Shown piece after piece: positions 29,016 through 38,935 of a DNA stretch of 64,000 nt. The notes beneath the pieces are model-generated. The model was given only the letters and a program-made list of their open reading frames with translations, had not been told where the DNA came from and ran no database searches. Within the stretch, counting starts at the first letter, position 1. The number at the start of each line of letters is the position of its first letter. The DNA is taken from the NCBI GenBank assembly GCA_007375725.1, contig VMEV01000006.1, forward strand, positions 6,929-70,928, written 5' to 3'. A program made the translations under genes and the position numbers. The stretch is from Parcubacteria group bacterium Greene0416_36. GTDB lineage: Bacteria > Patescibacteriota > Patescibacteriia > VMEV01.

Positions 29016-30317
29016 ATGTCTACAAAGATACAATCCATTCGAGCGCGCGAAATATTGGATTCGCGGGGAGATCCGACCGTGGAGGTAAGGCTGGAGTTAT
29101 CTAATGCTCAGGGTGTAAGAGCTTCCGTTCCCTCTGGGGCGTCCACTGGGGTGCATGAGGCCTTAGAACTTCGAGACGGCGACCGGGGCCGGTATGCTGG
29201 AAAAGGTGTTTTAAAAGCGTGCCACAATATCAATACCTTGATCGCACCGAAATTGGCTGGAAAAGACGTGCGTCATATCGAGGAAATCGACCGGTGGATG
29301 ATTGACCGCGACGGCACGCCCAACAAGAGCTATTTGGGTGCCAATGCCATTCTTGCGGTCTCGATGGCGGTCTGCCGCGGCGGAGCTTTGGCTGAAAATG
29401 TTGAGCTGTACCAATATATCAAAGAAAAATTTTCTTTTTCGTTTAAGAAATTTAGCCTCCCTACGCCGCTCATGAATATCCTCAATGGAGGCGCTCATGC
29501 GGACAATGACTTGTCTCTCCAAGAAATGATGATCGTGCCGCTCTCTCCCAAATTGCTCCGTGAAAAAGTGCGGGTGGGATCTGAAATTTTTCACATGCTT
29601 GGAAAAATTCTCAAATCCAAAAAAATGAATACGGCGGTAGGGAATGAAGGGGGATATGCTCCCAATGTCGGAAAATCTGAAAATGCTATCCGCTTAGTGA
29701 TCAAAGCCATAGAAGAAACCGGGTACCAAGCCGGAAAAGACGTCTCCATTGCTCTCGATGTGGCTGCGTCCGAATTTTATGATGAAAATAAAAGGCTCTA
29801 CCATATTGCGACCGATGGCTGGGACTTTAATTCTGGAGAAATGATTGATCTGTATGACAAGTGGGTGACTCAATATCCGATTATTTCGATTGAAGACGGC
29901 TTGTCTGAGGATGACTGGTCCGGATGGGAGCAATTGACCGCAGCTCTAGGGGAATCCACTATGCTGGTGGGCGATGATTTATTTGTTACTAATACGACAC
30001 GAATCCAGCGGGGTATAGAATCGAACGTGGCCAATTCGGTGCTCATCAAAATGAACCAAATCGGCTCTATTACCGAAACCATCGAGGCCATCCGACTGGC
30101 CCAAGAAAATAAGTATTCAGTGGTGATTTCCCACCGTTCCGGAGAAACCTGTGACAATACGATCGCCGATCTAGCCGTAGGCACTGGCGCCGAATATATC
30201 AAAACCGGCAGTCTCTCCCGTTCTGAACGTATTTCCAAATACAATCGCCTGATGGAAATCGAAGAGATTTTGGCAGGGAAGAAGAAATCAGGAGGGAATA
30301 CCTTTAATGTGTGTTAG
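29016..30317 (+). CDS. eno: Enolase
   Basis: REILDSRG.PTVE, VPSGASTG, NGGAHA, GDDLFVTN, SHRSGET, IKTGS. Confidence 0.98.
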   Translation: MSTKIQSIRAREILDSRGDPTVEVRLELSNAQGVRASVPSGASTGVHEALELRDGDRGRYAGKGVLKACHNINTLIAPKLAGKDVRHIEEIDRWMIDRDGTPNKSYLGANAILAVSMAVCRGGALAENVELYQYIKEKFSFSFKKFSLPTPLMNILNGGAHADNDLSLQEMMIVPLSPKLLREKVRVGSEIFHMLGKILKSKKMNTAVGNEGGYAPNVGKSENAIRLVIKAIEETGYQAGKDVSIALDVAASEFYDENKRLYHIATDGWDFNSGEMIDLYDKWVTQYPIISIEDGLSEDDWSGWEQLTAALGESTMLVGDDLFVTNTTRIQRGIESNVANSVLIKMNQIGSITETIEAIRLAQENKYSVVISHRSGETCDNTIADLAVGTGAEYIKTGSLSRSERISKYNRLMEIEEILAGKKKSGGNTFNVC

Positions 30318-30336
30318 AACAACAAAACAACTTTTT

Positions 30337-30747
30337 ATGAATGACTGTATTTTTTGTAAAATAATCAAAAAGGAAGTGGGGGCAGAGATAATAGCTGAAA
30401 ATGAGCATGCGTTTGCTTTTTTGGATATTTGTCCGATCAATAAAGGACATACTTTGGTGATTCCCAAGAAACATTTTGTGCTTTTGGACGAGGTTTCCAA
30501 GGAGTTATTAGGAGAATTGATGATCTTCACTCAAAAAATCGCCGGAGCCGTGTGCCGCTCTTTAGGAACCACAGACTATAATATTTTCCAGCGCAATGGC
30601 CCCTTGGCCGGGCAGGTGGTAAAACATGTGCATATCCATATCGTCCCTCGTTTCGGAGGCGACGGCCACCGCGAATGGCCCACGAAGATGTGTTACCGAG
30701 AAGGAGAAATAAAAGCCTGCGCAGATAAGATCAAGAGTTTCTTATGA
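30337..30747 (+). CDS. HIT family hydrolase
   Basis: DCIFCKI, GHTLVIPKKH, HVHIHIVPR. Confidence 0.93.
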   Translation: MNDCIFCKIIKKEVGAEIIAENEHAFAFLDICPINKGHTLVIPKKHFVLLDEVSKELLGELMIFTQKIAGAVCRSLGTTDYNIFQRNGPLAGQVVKHVHIHIVPRFGGDGHREWPTKMCYREGEIKACADKIKSFL

Positions 30748-31622
30748 AGAAAGTTTTAATTTTTGGATCAAAGGGATTATTGGGAACCGATTTAGCTCGA
30801 ATCGGGAAGGATTTGAATTATGACCTATCGGCTTTTTCTCGGCATGATCTGGATATCACCCATTATCGCATCCTGAAGGACGCGATTTTCTCTATTGAAC
30901 CTGATTTTGTGATCAATGCTGCGGCCATCACCAATCCTCTGAGATGTCAAGAGGAAAAAAATCTGGCTATGGAAGTCAATGCGACAGCCGTAAAACATAT
31001 GGCTGAGATTTGTTGGGATTTAGGATGCACCCTAGTGCACTTCAGCACGGAACAGGTATTTGATGGTTCGCAATCTTCTCCCTATGTCGAATCTCATGGG
31101 ATTTTAAAACCCGTAAATTTCTACGGCTACACGAAAGCAAAAGCAGAATCCTATATCGCGTTATTACAAAGGCTGGTGCATGCCGATCATCCCCTCCAAT
31201 ACTATTTGATTCGTTCATCTTGGCTTTTTGGTTCTGGCAGAAATAATTTTGTGGAAAATATATTTCGCGCCGTCTCTGATACGGGCCGAGCTGAGGCTTT
31301 ATATGATCAGTCTTCCATCCCGACTTTTTCTTCGGATCTGGCTAGGAGAACTTATGAAATTATTGCCTGGGAACTGCCATTTGGGATTTATCATGCGACC
31401 AATCAGGGAAGTGCCACCCAATTTGAAGTGGCAGAAGCGGTCATTAGTCTGGGGGGATTCCAAGAAGCTCAGATTCAGCCTCTGTATCGAAAAAATATCA
31501 CGGACAGAAGAGCACCTCTGGCTCCTTCGGTCATATTGGGCAATACAAAATTACCCCTCATGCGCCACTGGAAAGACGCCTTGATGGAGTATTTGACAGA
31601 TTTAAAAAATAAGGCGATATAA
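30744..31622 (+). CDS. rmlD: dTDP-4-dehydrorhamnose reductase-like SDR
   Basis: GSKGLLG, VINAAA, STEQVFDG, YGYTK, GIYH. Confidence 0.82.
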   Translation: MKKVLIFGSKGLLGTDLARIGKDLNYDLSAFSRHDLDITHYRILKDAIFSIEPDFVINAAAITNPLRCQEEKNLAMEVNATAVKHMAEICWDLGCTLVHFSTEQVFDGSQSSPYVESHGILKPVNFYGYTKAKAESYIALLQRLVHADHPLQYYLIRSSWLFGSGRNNFVENIFRAVSDTGRAEALYDQSSIPTFSSDLARRTYEIIAWELPFGIYHATNQGSATQFEVAEAVISLGGFQEAQIQPLYRKNITDRRAPLAPSVILGNTKLPLMRHWKDALMEYLTDLKNKAI

Positions 31623-32645
31623 TCCCTCTTTATCATTGATAATCCCATGGAAATACAGCCTGCGGTCTTGGTTATTTTGGATCGTGGAATAAATGATTCC
31701 CCCTTCTAAAAGCGTCCATTTATTATTGATCCCTCCGATGGGATAGATTTCAACCATAGAAATGGACTCGGCCGTGACTAAGGTCAGATAATTATCACTC
31801 TGGTCTAAATAAAATTCCAAAATATCCTTCTCGCTTTTGGTCAGTTCGATCATTTGCTTTTTTTCTTTATCTAAAAACACAATCGAATTTCCGTTTTGGC
31901 AGATAAAAGTGACGTCTTGGAGAGGAGAGAAACATTTTGTAAGAGGGGGGAACCAATTTTCCGGGCCTGCTACTGGCCAGGCTGATTCTATTAGAGAAAC
32001 CTCAGGTAATTCAGTTTTGATCGGATTGAGAAAAGTGACTCCATAAGGAGAAGACAGGCCCAAGAGGACAAATTGGAGAGCCTCTCCTTTTTTAATTTCA
32101 GCCAATACTTGACGATTTTGATAGAGCCACTCTATTTTATCCACTTTATATTCCGGCGGAATTTCTAAAATTTGCTTTTTGATGGAAAAAGGCTCAAGTT
32201 GTGTTAAAAGCAATTTGTTTCCAGACCAAATAATGGCCTCATTGGTTTCCGATGAGAAATAAATCCGGTTGATTTTGTCCGGAAAAAGCAAAACGGGCTC
32301 ATTTTTGGAAAACAATTGAATATACCGGAGCAATGTGGCAGAATTAGCCTGGACAAGAACATTTTTATTCCATTTCAAAAAACCTTCTCGGTTTACTTCT
32401 ACCGGATATATGCCCGGAGCCAGCGAGATCATCTGCAGATTTCGGCTTTTGGCATATGTTTTATTTTCAATGGCAATCGTGACTTCCTGCGGAAACGTTT
32501 TAAAAACAATGGCGCCATACTTTTCAATGCTGAGCGTCTCCCAATCAATACGGTGCCCCGTTGTATATAAAAGCAGTCCCGGAGCCGCGAGCGCGAAAAC
32601 TCCCACAAATACGAGGAAAATTAAAAATCTCTGTTTATAAGTCAT
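31602..32645 (-). CDS. Membrane-anchored PEGA-domain protein
   Basis: N-terminal TM, YTTGHRIDW, GAIVFKTFP, LAPGIYPVEVNREGF..W.K. Confidence 0.75.
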   Translation of the reverse strand: MTYKQRFLIFLVFVGVFALAAPGLLLYTTGHRIDWETLSIEKYGAIVFKTFPQEVTIAIENKTYAKSRNLQMISLAPGIYPVEVNREGFLKWNKNVLVQANSATLLRYIQLFSKNEPVLLFPDKINRIYFSSETNEAIIWSGNKLLLTQLEPFSIKKQILEIPPEYKVDKIEWLYQNRQVLAEIKKGEALQFVLLGLSSPYGVTFLNPIKTELPEVSLIESAWPVAGPENWFPPLTKCFSPLQDVTFICQNGNSIVFLDKEKKQMIELTKSEKDILEFYLDQSDNYLTLVTAESISMVEIYPIGGINNKWTLLEGGIIYSTIQNNQDRRLYFHGIINDKEGLYRLIF

Positions 32646-33896
32646 ATGGATTTGACAAGAAAAAAATATTCATTTTATTTTTTCAACCATTATTTCGTGA
32701 TAGTGGCCATTATCATCGCTTTTATCGGCGGTTATTTTTTAGGCACCGAGGCCCCAAGCGACCCTGACAAAGCAGTATCGGCAATTGACAATCCCTACGG
32801 GAAACTTAATTTGCGGCAGACTTTGCCGCCCTATTTGCTCGAGAATGTTGACTTTAACATCTTCTGGAGGGTTTGGAAAGACTTGCAGACGCAGTTTGTG
32901 GATATGCCGGTTGGAGACACCCAGCTCTTTTATGGCGCGCTCCGAGGCATGACGGATTCTTTGAAAGATCCCTATACGGTTTTTTTGGATCCGGAAGTCT
33001 ACGAAGAATTCTCCAGCGATTTGGCCGGCCAGTTTGAAGGGATCGGCGCGGAAATCGGCATCAAAGAAGGCGCTCTCACGGTCATTGCCCCGATCGGCGG
33101 ATCTCCTGCTGAACGTGCCGGCATTAAGGCCGGGGATTTGATTCTCGAAATCGACGGGCGCCAGACGGCAGGAATCACTTTAGATCTGGCAGTAAAATGG
33201 ATCCGCGGACCTAAAGATAGCTCAGTGGCGATCAAATTATTTAGGAAAGGAGAAGATAAGCCGCGCGACGAAAAAATAACCCGTGGGACTATTGATATTG
33301 ACAGTGTGGAGTGGGAAAGAAAAGCGGGAAATATCTTTTATATCAAAATAACTCATTTTAACGATGATACTCAAGCCTTGCTCGGAAAAGCTGTGGCTGA
33401 AATGAAAGCCGATCGCCCTAAATCTATTATAGTGGATTTTCGCAATAATCCCGGCGGCTATTTGGAATTAGCCATTTGGATGGCGGGACTATGGGTGGAT
33501 GAAGATACGGTCGTGGTTGAAAAATTTTCTGATGGCAAGGAGCGAAAACACCGGTCCACCAATGAGAATGTTTTGAGCGGCATCAAAACCGCGTTATTGG
33601 TCAATGGAGGCAGTGCTTCAGCCTCCGAAATCGTGGCAGGGGCCTTGCAAGAGTACCATCTAGCCCGATTGTTCGGCGAAAAAACCTTTGGCAAAGGCTC
33701 GGTCCAGACTTTGGAAGAACTGCCTGACGGTTCGGCTCTCAAAATAACGGTTGCTAAATGGCTGACCCCCAAAGGCCGAAGCATCAATGAACAAGGCGTC
33801 GAACCCGATGTTCAGGTGACCAATAAGCCCCCGGCCGAGGGAGAGGAAGAGAAGGATTTGCAGCTGGAGAAGGCGATGGAGTGGGTGAGGAAATAG
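32646..33896 (+). CDS. ctpA: S41 C-terminal processing protease (PDZ)
   Basis: DPYT, GIGAEI, DFRNNPGG, SASASEI, TFGKGSVQ. Confidence 0.95.
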   Translation: MDLTRKKYSFYFFNHYFVIVAIIIAFIGGYFLGTEAPSDPDKAVSAIDNPYGKLNLRQTLPPYLLENVDFNIFWRVWKDLQTQFVDMPVGDTQLFYGALRGMTDSLKDPYTVFLDPEVYEEFSSDLAGQFEGIGAEIGIKEGALTVIAPIGGSPAERAGIKAGDLILEIDGRQTAGITLDLAVKWIRGPKDSSVAIKLFRKGEDKPRDEKITRGTIDIDSVEWERKAGNIFYIKITHFNDDTQALLGKAVAEMKADRPKSIIVDFRNNPGGYLELAIWMAGLWVDEDTVVVEKFSDGKERKHRSTNENVLSGIKTALLVNGGSASASEIVAGALQEYHLARLFGEKTFGKGSVQTLEELPDGSALKITVAKWLTPKGRSINEQGVEPDVQVTNKPPAEGEEEKDLQLEKAMEWVRK

Positions 33897-33906
33897 GAGG
33901 GGGCGT

Positions 33907-34099
33907 TGTCATCCCCGCGAAAGCGGGGATCCAGGCCCTGCAGTAGTAAAATGCTACAAAAGTATTTTAGACTAATTGGGTATGTAGAGAATTTAAAATG
34001 TATTTCAATTACTACAGAATCTGTACGACCGATCATTTATTATTTACATGTTCTGTGGTCTGGATCCCCGATCCGCCCTACGGGGCTCTCGGGGATGAC
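33907..34099. repeat. Family C REP pair enclosing an AT-rich spacer of about 125 nt
   Basis: tgtcatccccgcgaaagcggggatccag (33907-33934) and ctggatccccga..tcggggatgac (34060-34099). Confidence 0.8.
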
Positions 34100-34109
34100 G
34101 TGATAATCT

Positions 34110-34487
34110 ATGACTCTCGAATTCACAAAACAACTCACACAAAATCCCGCTAATATTCTTCGAAAATGCGGGTATTTCGCGAATTTTGATCCGGTGACGG
34201 GCCACAATAGCTTTATCCGGAGACTCTCCGGCGGCCGTTATCCCCGGTTTCATATTTATATTCTGAAAGAAGGGGTCGGCTTTTTACAGCTCAATTTGCA
34301 TCTGGACATGAAAAAAGAAAGTTACGGCGATCAAACCGCCCATTCGGGAGAATATGATACCGAGGTTGTTGATACCGAGGCGACTCGCATTGGGAAAATG
34401 TTTACGTCACATTATGTGAGGCACTCTGATTCTGCCGTTCAAATTCCGCAAAAAAAGAGTTTTTGGAGGAGGATTTTTGGATTATAA
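34110..34487 (+). CDS. Conserved-looking hypothetical protein
   Basis: 125 aa with YPRFHIY, LHLDMKK, HSGEYD motifs. Confidence 0.75.
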   Translation: MTLEFTKQLTQNPANILRKCGYFANFDPVTGHNSFIRRLSGGRYPRFHIYILKEGVGFLQLNLHLDMKKESYGDQTAHSGEYDTEVVDTEATRIGKMFTSHYVRHSDSAVQIPQKKSFWRRIFGL

Positions 34488-34489
34488 AA

Positions 34490-34574
34490 CAGCAAATCCC
34501 ACCCCAGCCCTCCCTTTGACAAGGGAGGGAGCAGCTTCCCCCTTGTCAAAGGGGGATTGAGGGGGATTTGTTGC
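34490..34574. repeat. Family A element
   Basis: Near-identical to 2222-2309. Confidence 0.93.
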
Positions 34575-34581
34575 CAAATCT

Positions 34582-36204
34582 ATGAAAACAAAATTCATTT
34601 TCATCGTAGGCGGAGTGATGTCGGGGGTGGGGAAGGGCGTGACGGCGGCTTCGATTGGCAGGATTCTCACGAATAAGGGATATTCCGTGAGCGCGGTCAA
34701 AATCGATCCGTACATCAATGTGGACGCGGGGACCATGAACCCGGTCGAACATGGCGAGGTGTTTGTCACCCAAGACGGGGACGAAACCGACCAGGATATT
34801 GGAAACTATGAGCGATTTTTGGGGAAGGATATTCTTTCATCCAACTACATGACCACGGGTCGCGTGTATCTGTCCGTGATTGAGAAGGAGAGGAAACTCG
34901 CCTACCGAGGCAAATGCGTCGAGGTCGTGCCTCACATTCCGGAAGAAGTGATTCTGAGGATCAAAACCGCGGTCAAAGACAGCGGAGCGGAGATCATGAT
35001 CGTCGAAATCGGCGGGACGGTCGGCGAATACCAAAATATTCTCTTCCTCGAAGCCGCCCGCATGATGCATCTCCGCGCCAAAAAAGACGTGCAGTTCATC
35101 TTGGTAAGCTATTTGCCTATTCCGGGCAATCTCGGCGAGATGAAGACCAAGCCCACTCAATACGCCATCCGAACCCTGAACTCCGCCGGAATCCAGCCGG
35201 ATTTTGTGGTCTGCCGCGCGGAAAAAGACCTCGATATTCCGCGTCGCCACAAACTCGAACTTTTCGGCAATATGGCTTCGGGCAGTGTGATTTCTGCTCC
35301 AGATGTCGCCAGTATCTACGATGTCCCGGGGGTTCTGGAAGATCAGCATATGGGCAATAAACTCCTCCGTAATTTTGGCATTCGCCCGCGCAAAAATAAC
35401 TGGACCAGCTGGAAAAAACTCACTCACAATATTCATAATCCCGGCAAACCGGTCCGCATCGCCATGGTCGGGAAATATTTTGGGAGCGGCGATTTTGTCC
35501 TGCCAGATGCCTATATTTCCGTGATCGAATCGGTCAAACATGCAGCATGGAGCCAGAATTTGAAACCGGAATTGGCTTGGATCGATTCGGAAAAGTTTGA
35601 AAACGGCCAAGCACCTAAAGATATTTTGAAAGACTTCGACGGTGTCATTGTGCCTGGAGGATTCGGCAAGAGGGGAGTGGAAGGTAAAATCAAAGCCATC
35701 GAGTATTGCCGTACGCATAAAGTGCCGTATTTCGGCCTTTGCTACGGCATGCAGCTCGCCGCCGTAGAATTCGCCCGACATGTCCTAGGCCATAAAAAAG
35801 CCCATACCACGGAAATCGACCCCTCGACTCCCGACCCCCTCATCTACATCATCCCGAATAAGATATTCGAGGAAACAAAAAAATATGGCGGGACCATGAG
35901 GCTCGGCGCCTATCCCTGCCAAATAGATAAAAATTCTAAGGCCTTCGAGTATTACGGATCGGAAATGATCTCTGAACGACATCGCCACCGATACGAATTC
36001 AACAATGATTACAAAGACGCATTCAATAAAAAGGGATTTAAAACTGTAGGTATTTGTCCCGACAACGGTCTTGTTGAAATACTTGAGCTTGAGGGCCACC
36101 CGTTCTTCATCGGCACCCAATTTCATCCGGAGTTTAAGTCGCGGCCGCTGGATCCACATCCCTTGTTTGTGGGGTTTGTGAGGGCGGCGGCAACAGTCAA
36201 TTAA
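34582..36204 (+). CDS. pyrG: CTP synthase
   Basis: GGVMSGVGKG, KIDPYINVDAGTM, KTKPTQ, GLCYGMQ, ERHRHRYE, QFHPEF. Confidence 0.98.
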   Translation: MKTKFIFIVGGVMSGVGKGVTAASIGRILTNKGYSVSAVKIDPYINVDAGTMNPVEHGEVFVTQDGDETDQDIGNYERFLGKDILSSNYMTTGRVYLSVIEKERKLAYRGKCVEVVPHIPEEVILRIKTAVKDSGAEIMIVEIGGTVGEYQNILFLEAARMMHLRAKKDVQFILVSYLPIPGNLGEMKTKPTQYAIRTLNSAGIQPDFVVCRAEKDLDIPRRHKLELFGNMASGSVISAPDVASIYDVPGVLEDQHMGNKLLRNFGIRPRKNNWTSWKKLTHNIHNPGKPVRIAMVGKYFGSGDFVLPDAYISVIESVKHAAWSQNLKPELAWIDSEKFENGQAPKDILKDFDGVIVPGGFGKRGVEGKIKAIEYCRTHKVPYFGLCYGMQLAAVEFARHVLGHKKAHTTEIDPSTPDPLIYIIPNKIFEETKKYGGTMRLGAYPCQIDKNSKAFEYYGSEMISERHRHRYEFNNDYKDAFNKKGFKTVGICPDNGLVEILELEGHPFFIGTQFHPEFKSRPLDPHPLFVGFVRAAATVN

Positions 36205-36233
36205 AAATTAAGAATGAAGAATTAAAAATGAGC

Positions 36234-36271
36234 AACAAAAAACATGACTTTTCCAAGTCATGTTTTTTGTT
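36234..36271. terminator. Bidirectional intrinsic terminator between pyrG and rpmA
   Basis: aacaaaaaacatgactt-ttcc-aagtcatgttttttgtt. Confidence 0.8.
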
Positions 36272-36285
36272 TGAATTCAGAAGAT

Positions 36286-36573
36286 TTACTTCTTCACCTG
36301 CTCGTCTACATGGACGAACACACCTTCTTTCAAGGCGCCCGAGAATGATCGGACTTGTTTCTTGTTGAAGCGGACAACTCCGGGGACCAAGGCAAAAAGA
36401 GTATCGTCTTTGCCGATTCCCACGTTTTTGCCGGGTCGATATTTGGTTCCGCGCTGGCGGGCCAAGATATTGCCGGCGGCTGCGATTTCACCCGCGAATA
36501 ATTTGATTCCAAGGCGTTGGCCGGGCGAATTTCGGCCCAACTCGGTACTACCGCCTGACTTTTTAGTAGCCAT
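36286..36573 (-). CDS. rpmA: 50S ribosomal protein L27
   Basis: [34 protein letters not shown]. Confidence 0.97.
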   Translation of the reverse strand: MATKKSGGSTELGRNSPGQRLGIKLFAGEIAAAGNILARQRGTKYRPGKNVGIGKDDTLFALVPGVVRFNKKQVRSFSGALKEGVFVHVDEQVKK

Positions 36574-36777
36574 AGGTTTGCTTTATAAAATTCTTGCGGC
36601 CCTGCCGTGTTTCTGGGGCAGAGAGGCTTATTCAGCCAAAGAATTTGATAGTGAGGTTAAAAAACAGTGTTATATTAGAAAATATTCGAGGGTTTGTCAA
36701 TTTTTTGGCATGCAACTGATTTTTTTGACATATATCAAAAAGATAGCTATTATATATCAATAATTATCCATTATCTT

Positions 36778-37053
36778 ATGACCACACAAGTTATCTTTAG
36801 AATCGATGAAAAGACAAAAGAACAGGCCATGAAAAAGGCACATCATTCTGGTTTGTCTTTTGCCACCGTGCTCAAACTCGCTACCTATGCTTTTGTAGAA
36901 GACAAATTCACGATCAGCCTCAATCAAGTAGAGCCCTTCAATTTACAAACACGGAAGAAACTCAATAAAATCCAAAAAGATCTTTCTTTGCGTAAAAATT
37001 TATCGCCACGGTTCAAATCTGCCAAAGATGCTATGGGATATCTCATGAAATAG
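36778..37053 (+). CDS. RelB/DinJ-like antitoxin
   Basis: RHH-like MTTQVIFRIDEKTKEQA, C-terminal SPRFKSAKDAMGYL; TTGACA-17-TATTAT promoter 36725-36753. Confidence 0.8.
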   Translation: MTTQVIFRIDEKTKEQAMKKAHHSGLSFATVLKLATYAFVEDKFTISLNQVEPFNLQTRKKLNKIQKDLSLRKNLSPRFKSAKDAMGYLMK

Positions 37054-37057
37054 ATTT

Positions 37058-37315
37058 ATGGATGTTATTTTTCATCGGGATTTTAAAAAACAATTCAAAA
37101 AATTGCCAGTGAAAATTCAAAAGAAATTTGAAGAACGTTTGAACTTATTTTTAAATGAACCTGATAATTCAACTCTCAATAACCATTCGGTGGAAAAAGC
37201 ATACCCGAAATCGAGGAGTATCAATATAACCGGAGATTATCGAGCTATTTATCAAAAAGACGAAGACCTGATTTGTTTTATGATCATCGGCACACACTCT
37301 GAATTATATTCATGA
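37058..37315 (+). CDS. RelE/YafQ-family mRNA interferase toxin
   Basis: FKKQFKKL, LNNH, RSINITGDYRAIY, IGTHSELY. Confidence 0.92.
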   Translation: MDVIFHRDFKKQFKKLPVKIQKKFEERLNLFLNEPDNSTLNNHSVEKAYPKSRSINITGDYRAIYQKDEDLICFMIIGTHSELYS

Positions 37316-37322
37316 AACGTGT

Positions 37323-38369
37323 TTATTTCCTCCCAATCTCCGTGATCAACTGTCCGCATGCCCCTGCGATGTCGTCGCCCATGGTCTTACGGACCGTGAC
37401 GGGGATGTCGGCGGATTCGAGGCGGTCGACCATTTTTTGGATGCGAACAGGCTCGGAGCGGCGGAAAGGGGAGTCGGTGAAGTTGTAGGGGATGAGGTTC
37501 ACACGGACACGACCGACGGACTGGACGAAGCGGAGGAGTTTCTCGATGTCGGCATCGCGGTCATTGTGGCCGGAGAGGAGGACGTATTCGAAGGTGAGAT
37601 GATGACTGCGGTTGCCGAGAATTTCGAGGTATCGGCGACCCCAGTCTTGGAGCTTATTTAGAAATTCTGTTCCTCCGGACGGCACGATTTCTCCGCGCAC
37701 ATCTTTGTCCGCGCTATGAAGAGAGACGGCGAGGCGGACATGGGGCCAGGTCGTGTCCGCGAGGAGCTTCTCGAGCGGGGCCATGAGTCCCACGGTCGAA
37801 ACCGTGATTTTGGTCTCGCCCAGATCCGTGTATTCGAGCCATGTTTTGATGGCAGACTTCACATTTTCGTAATTGGCCATGGGTTCGCCCATGCCCATGA
37901 ACACGACATTGCTGATTCTCTGGGGAAGAGCCGGATGTTCTCTTAGAAATTTTACCCAAAATCGATATTGATCCACAATTTCATCCTCCGATAGATTTCG
38001 GGAAAGCCCCATTTTCCCGGTGGCGCAAAAAGTGCATTTCATGGCGCATCCGATCTGCGAAGAAACACAGATAGTCCATTGATCTCGGGCGTTTTCCATG
38101 AGCACGCTCTCAATCAGGTGGCCGTCGAAGGTGCAAAGCGCCGCCTTATAAGTGTCTTTTTTCTTGCTTTCCATCACCTTTTTGCAGTCGAGGGATATCC
38201 ATGGGATTTTATCAGCTACCACCGCTCGGATCGGCGCCGGCAGTACCGTCACATCCTTCCACCCTCCATAAGCAACATTAAAAACCGCATCCTCCAATTG
38301 TTTGGCGCGGAAGGGTTTTTCGGTGGGGAAGAGGGAGGCGAATTGTTCGGCGCGGGTTGATGGGGTCAT
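37323..38369 (-). CDS. rlmN: 23S rRNA/tRNA m2A methyltransferase (radical SAM)
   Basis: CVSSQIGCAMKCTFCATG, FMGMGEP, SLHS, NLIPYN, DIAGACGQL. Confidence 0.96.
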   Translation of the reverse strand: MTPSTRAEQFASLFPTEKPFRAKQLEDAVFNVAYGGWKDVTVLPAPIRAVVADKIPWISLDCKKVMESKKKDTYKAALCTFDGHLIESVLMENARDQWTICVSSQIGCAMKCTFCATGKMGLSRNLSEDEIVDQYRFWVKFLREHPALPQRISNVVFMGMGEPMANYENVKSAIKTWLEYTDLGETKITVSTVGLMAPLEKLLADTTWPHVRLAVSLHSADKDVRGEIVPSGGTEFLNKLQDWGRRYLEILGNRSHHLTFEYVLLSGHNDRDADIEKLLRFVQSVGRVRVNLIPYNFTDSPFRRSEPVRIQKMVDRLESADIPVTVRKTMGDDIAGACGQLITEIGRK

Positions 38370-38611
38370 AATGATTCGAATATTTCAATATAATAGGGAA
38401 AATCGTACCCAAAAACAAGCCACTCTTAAATTTGACAATAGTCTTAATAATATGGTATATAGACTTCAGTTATTTCGACCGTCTAAACTATAGATAAAAC
38501 AGTTATAAATCCCGCATAAGTGCCATATAGAAATAGAATAAAAAAGGCTATTTTTGGGGAAATTATGCGTGGAATTTAACTGGTTTATCTATAAATAAGA
38601 AAGATAGAAAA

Positions 38612-38935
38612 ATGAAAAATTGGAAGACAACTGAAAAAAAAGCGTTCTTGAAAAAAATACAGACATTCGCAGAAAAAGCCCTATCCCAAGCTACGAAAGA
38701 GATGAGCTTCGAGGAGGCAATGAAGGCTTTGGAAAGCGGTGAGAAAAAAAAGGAGCAGACTTTTCTTGACTTGTTTTCTGCTTCTGCCGTAAACAAAATC
38801 TCCCCTCCCACAAAACCCGAGGACTCGGAATTTCTCCAAGTGGTCGGTAAAGATTTCTTGGTTCCCGCATGCGATGGCAAGGCAACGATCATCGGATCGA
38901 GCGGGGTGTTCCATTACATTGATCCCAATTTTTGA
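38612..38935 (+). pseudogene. Probably 3'-truncated hypothetical gene, paralog A of an inverted pair
   Basis: Homologous over its whole length to 38889-39257(-); ends at YIDPNF inside the central palindrome. Confidence 0.65.

Noticed and set aside
34837-35781. Long antisense ORFs (also 22166-22930, 6570-7316, 40980-41678, 49385-49972, 60261-60881)
   Set aside because: They are shadows of well-supported genes on the opposite strand and have no recognisable motifs.
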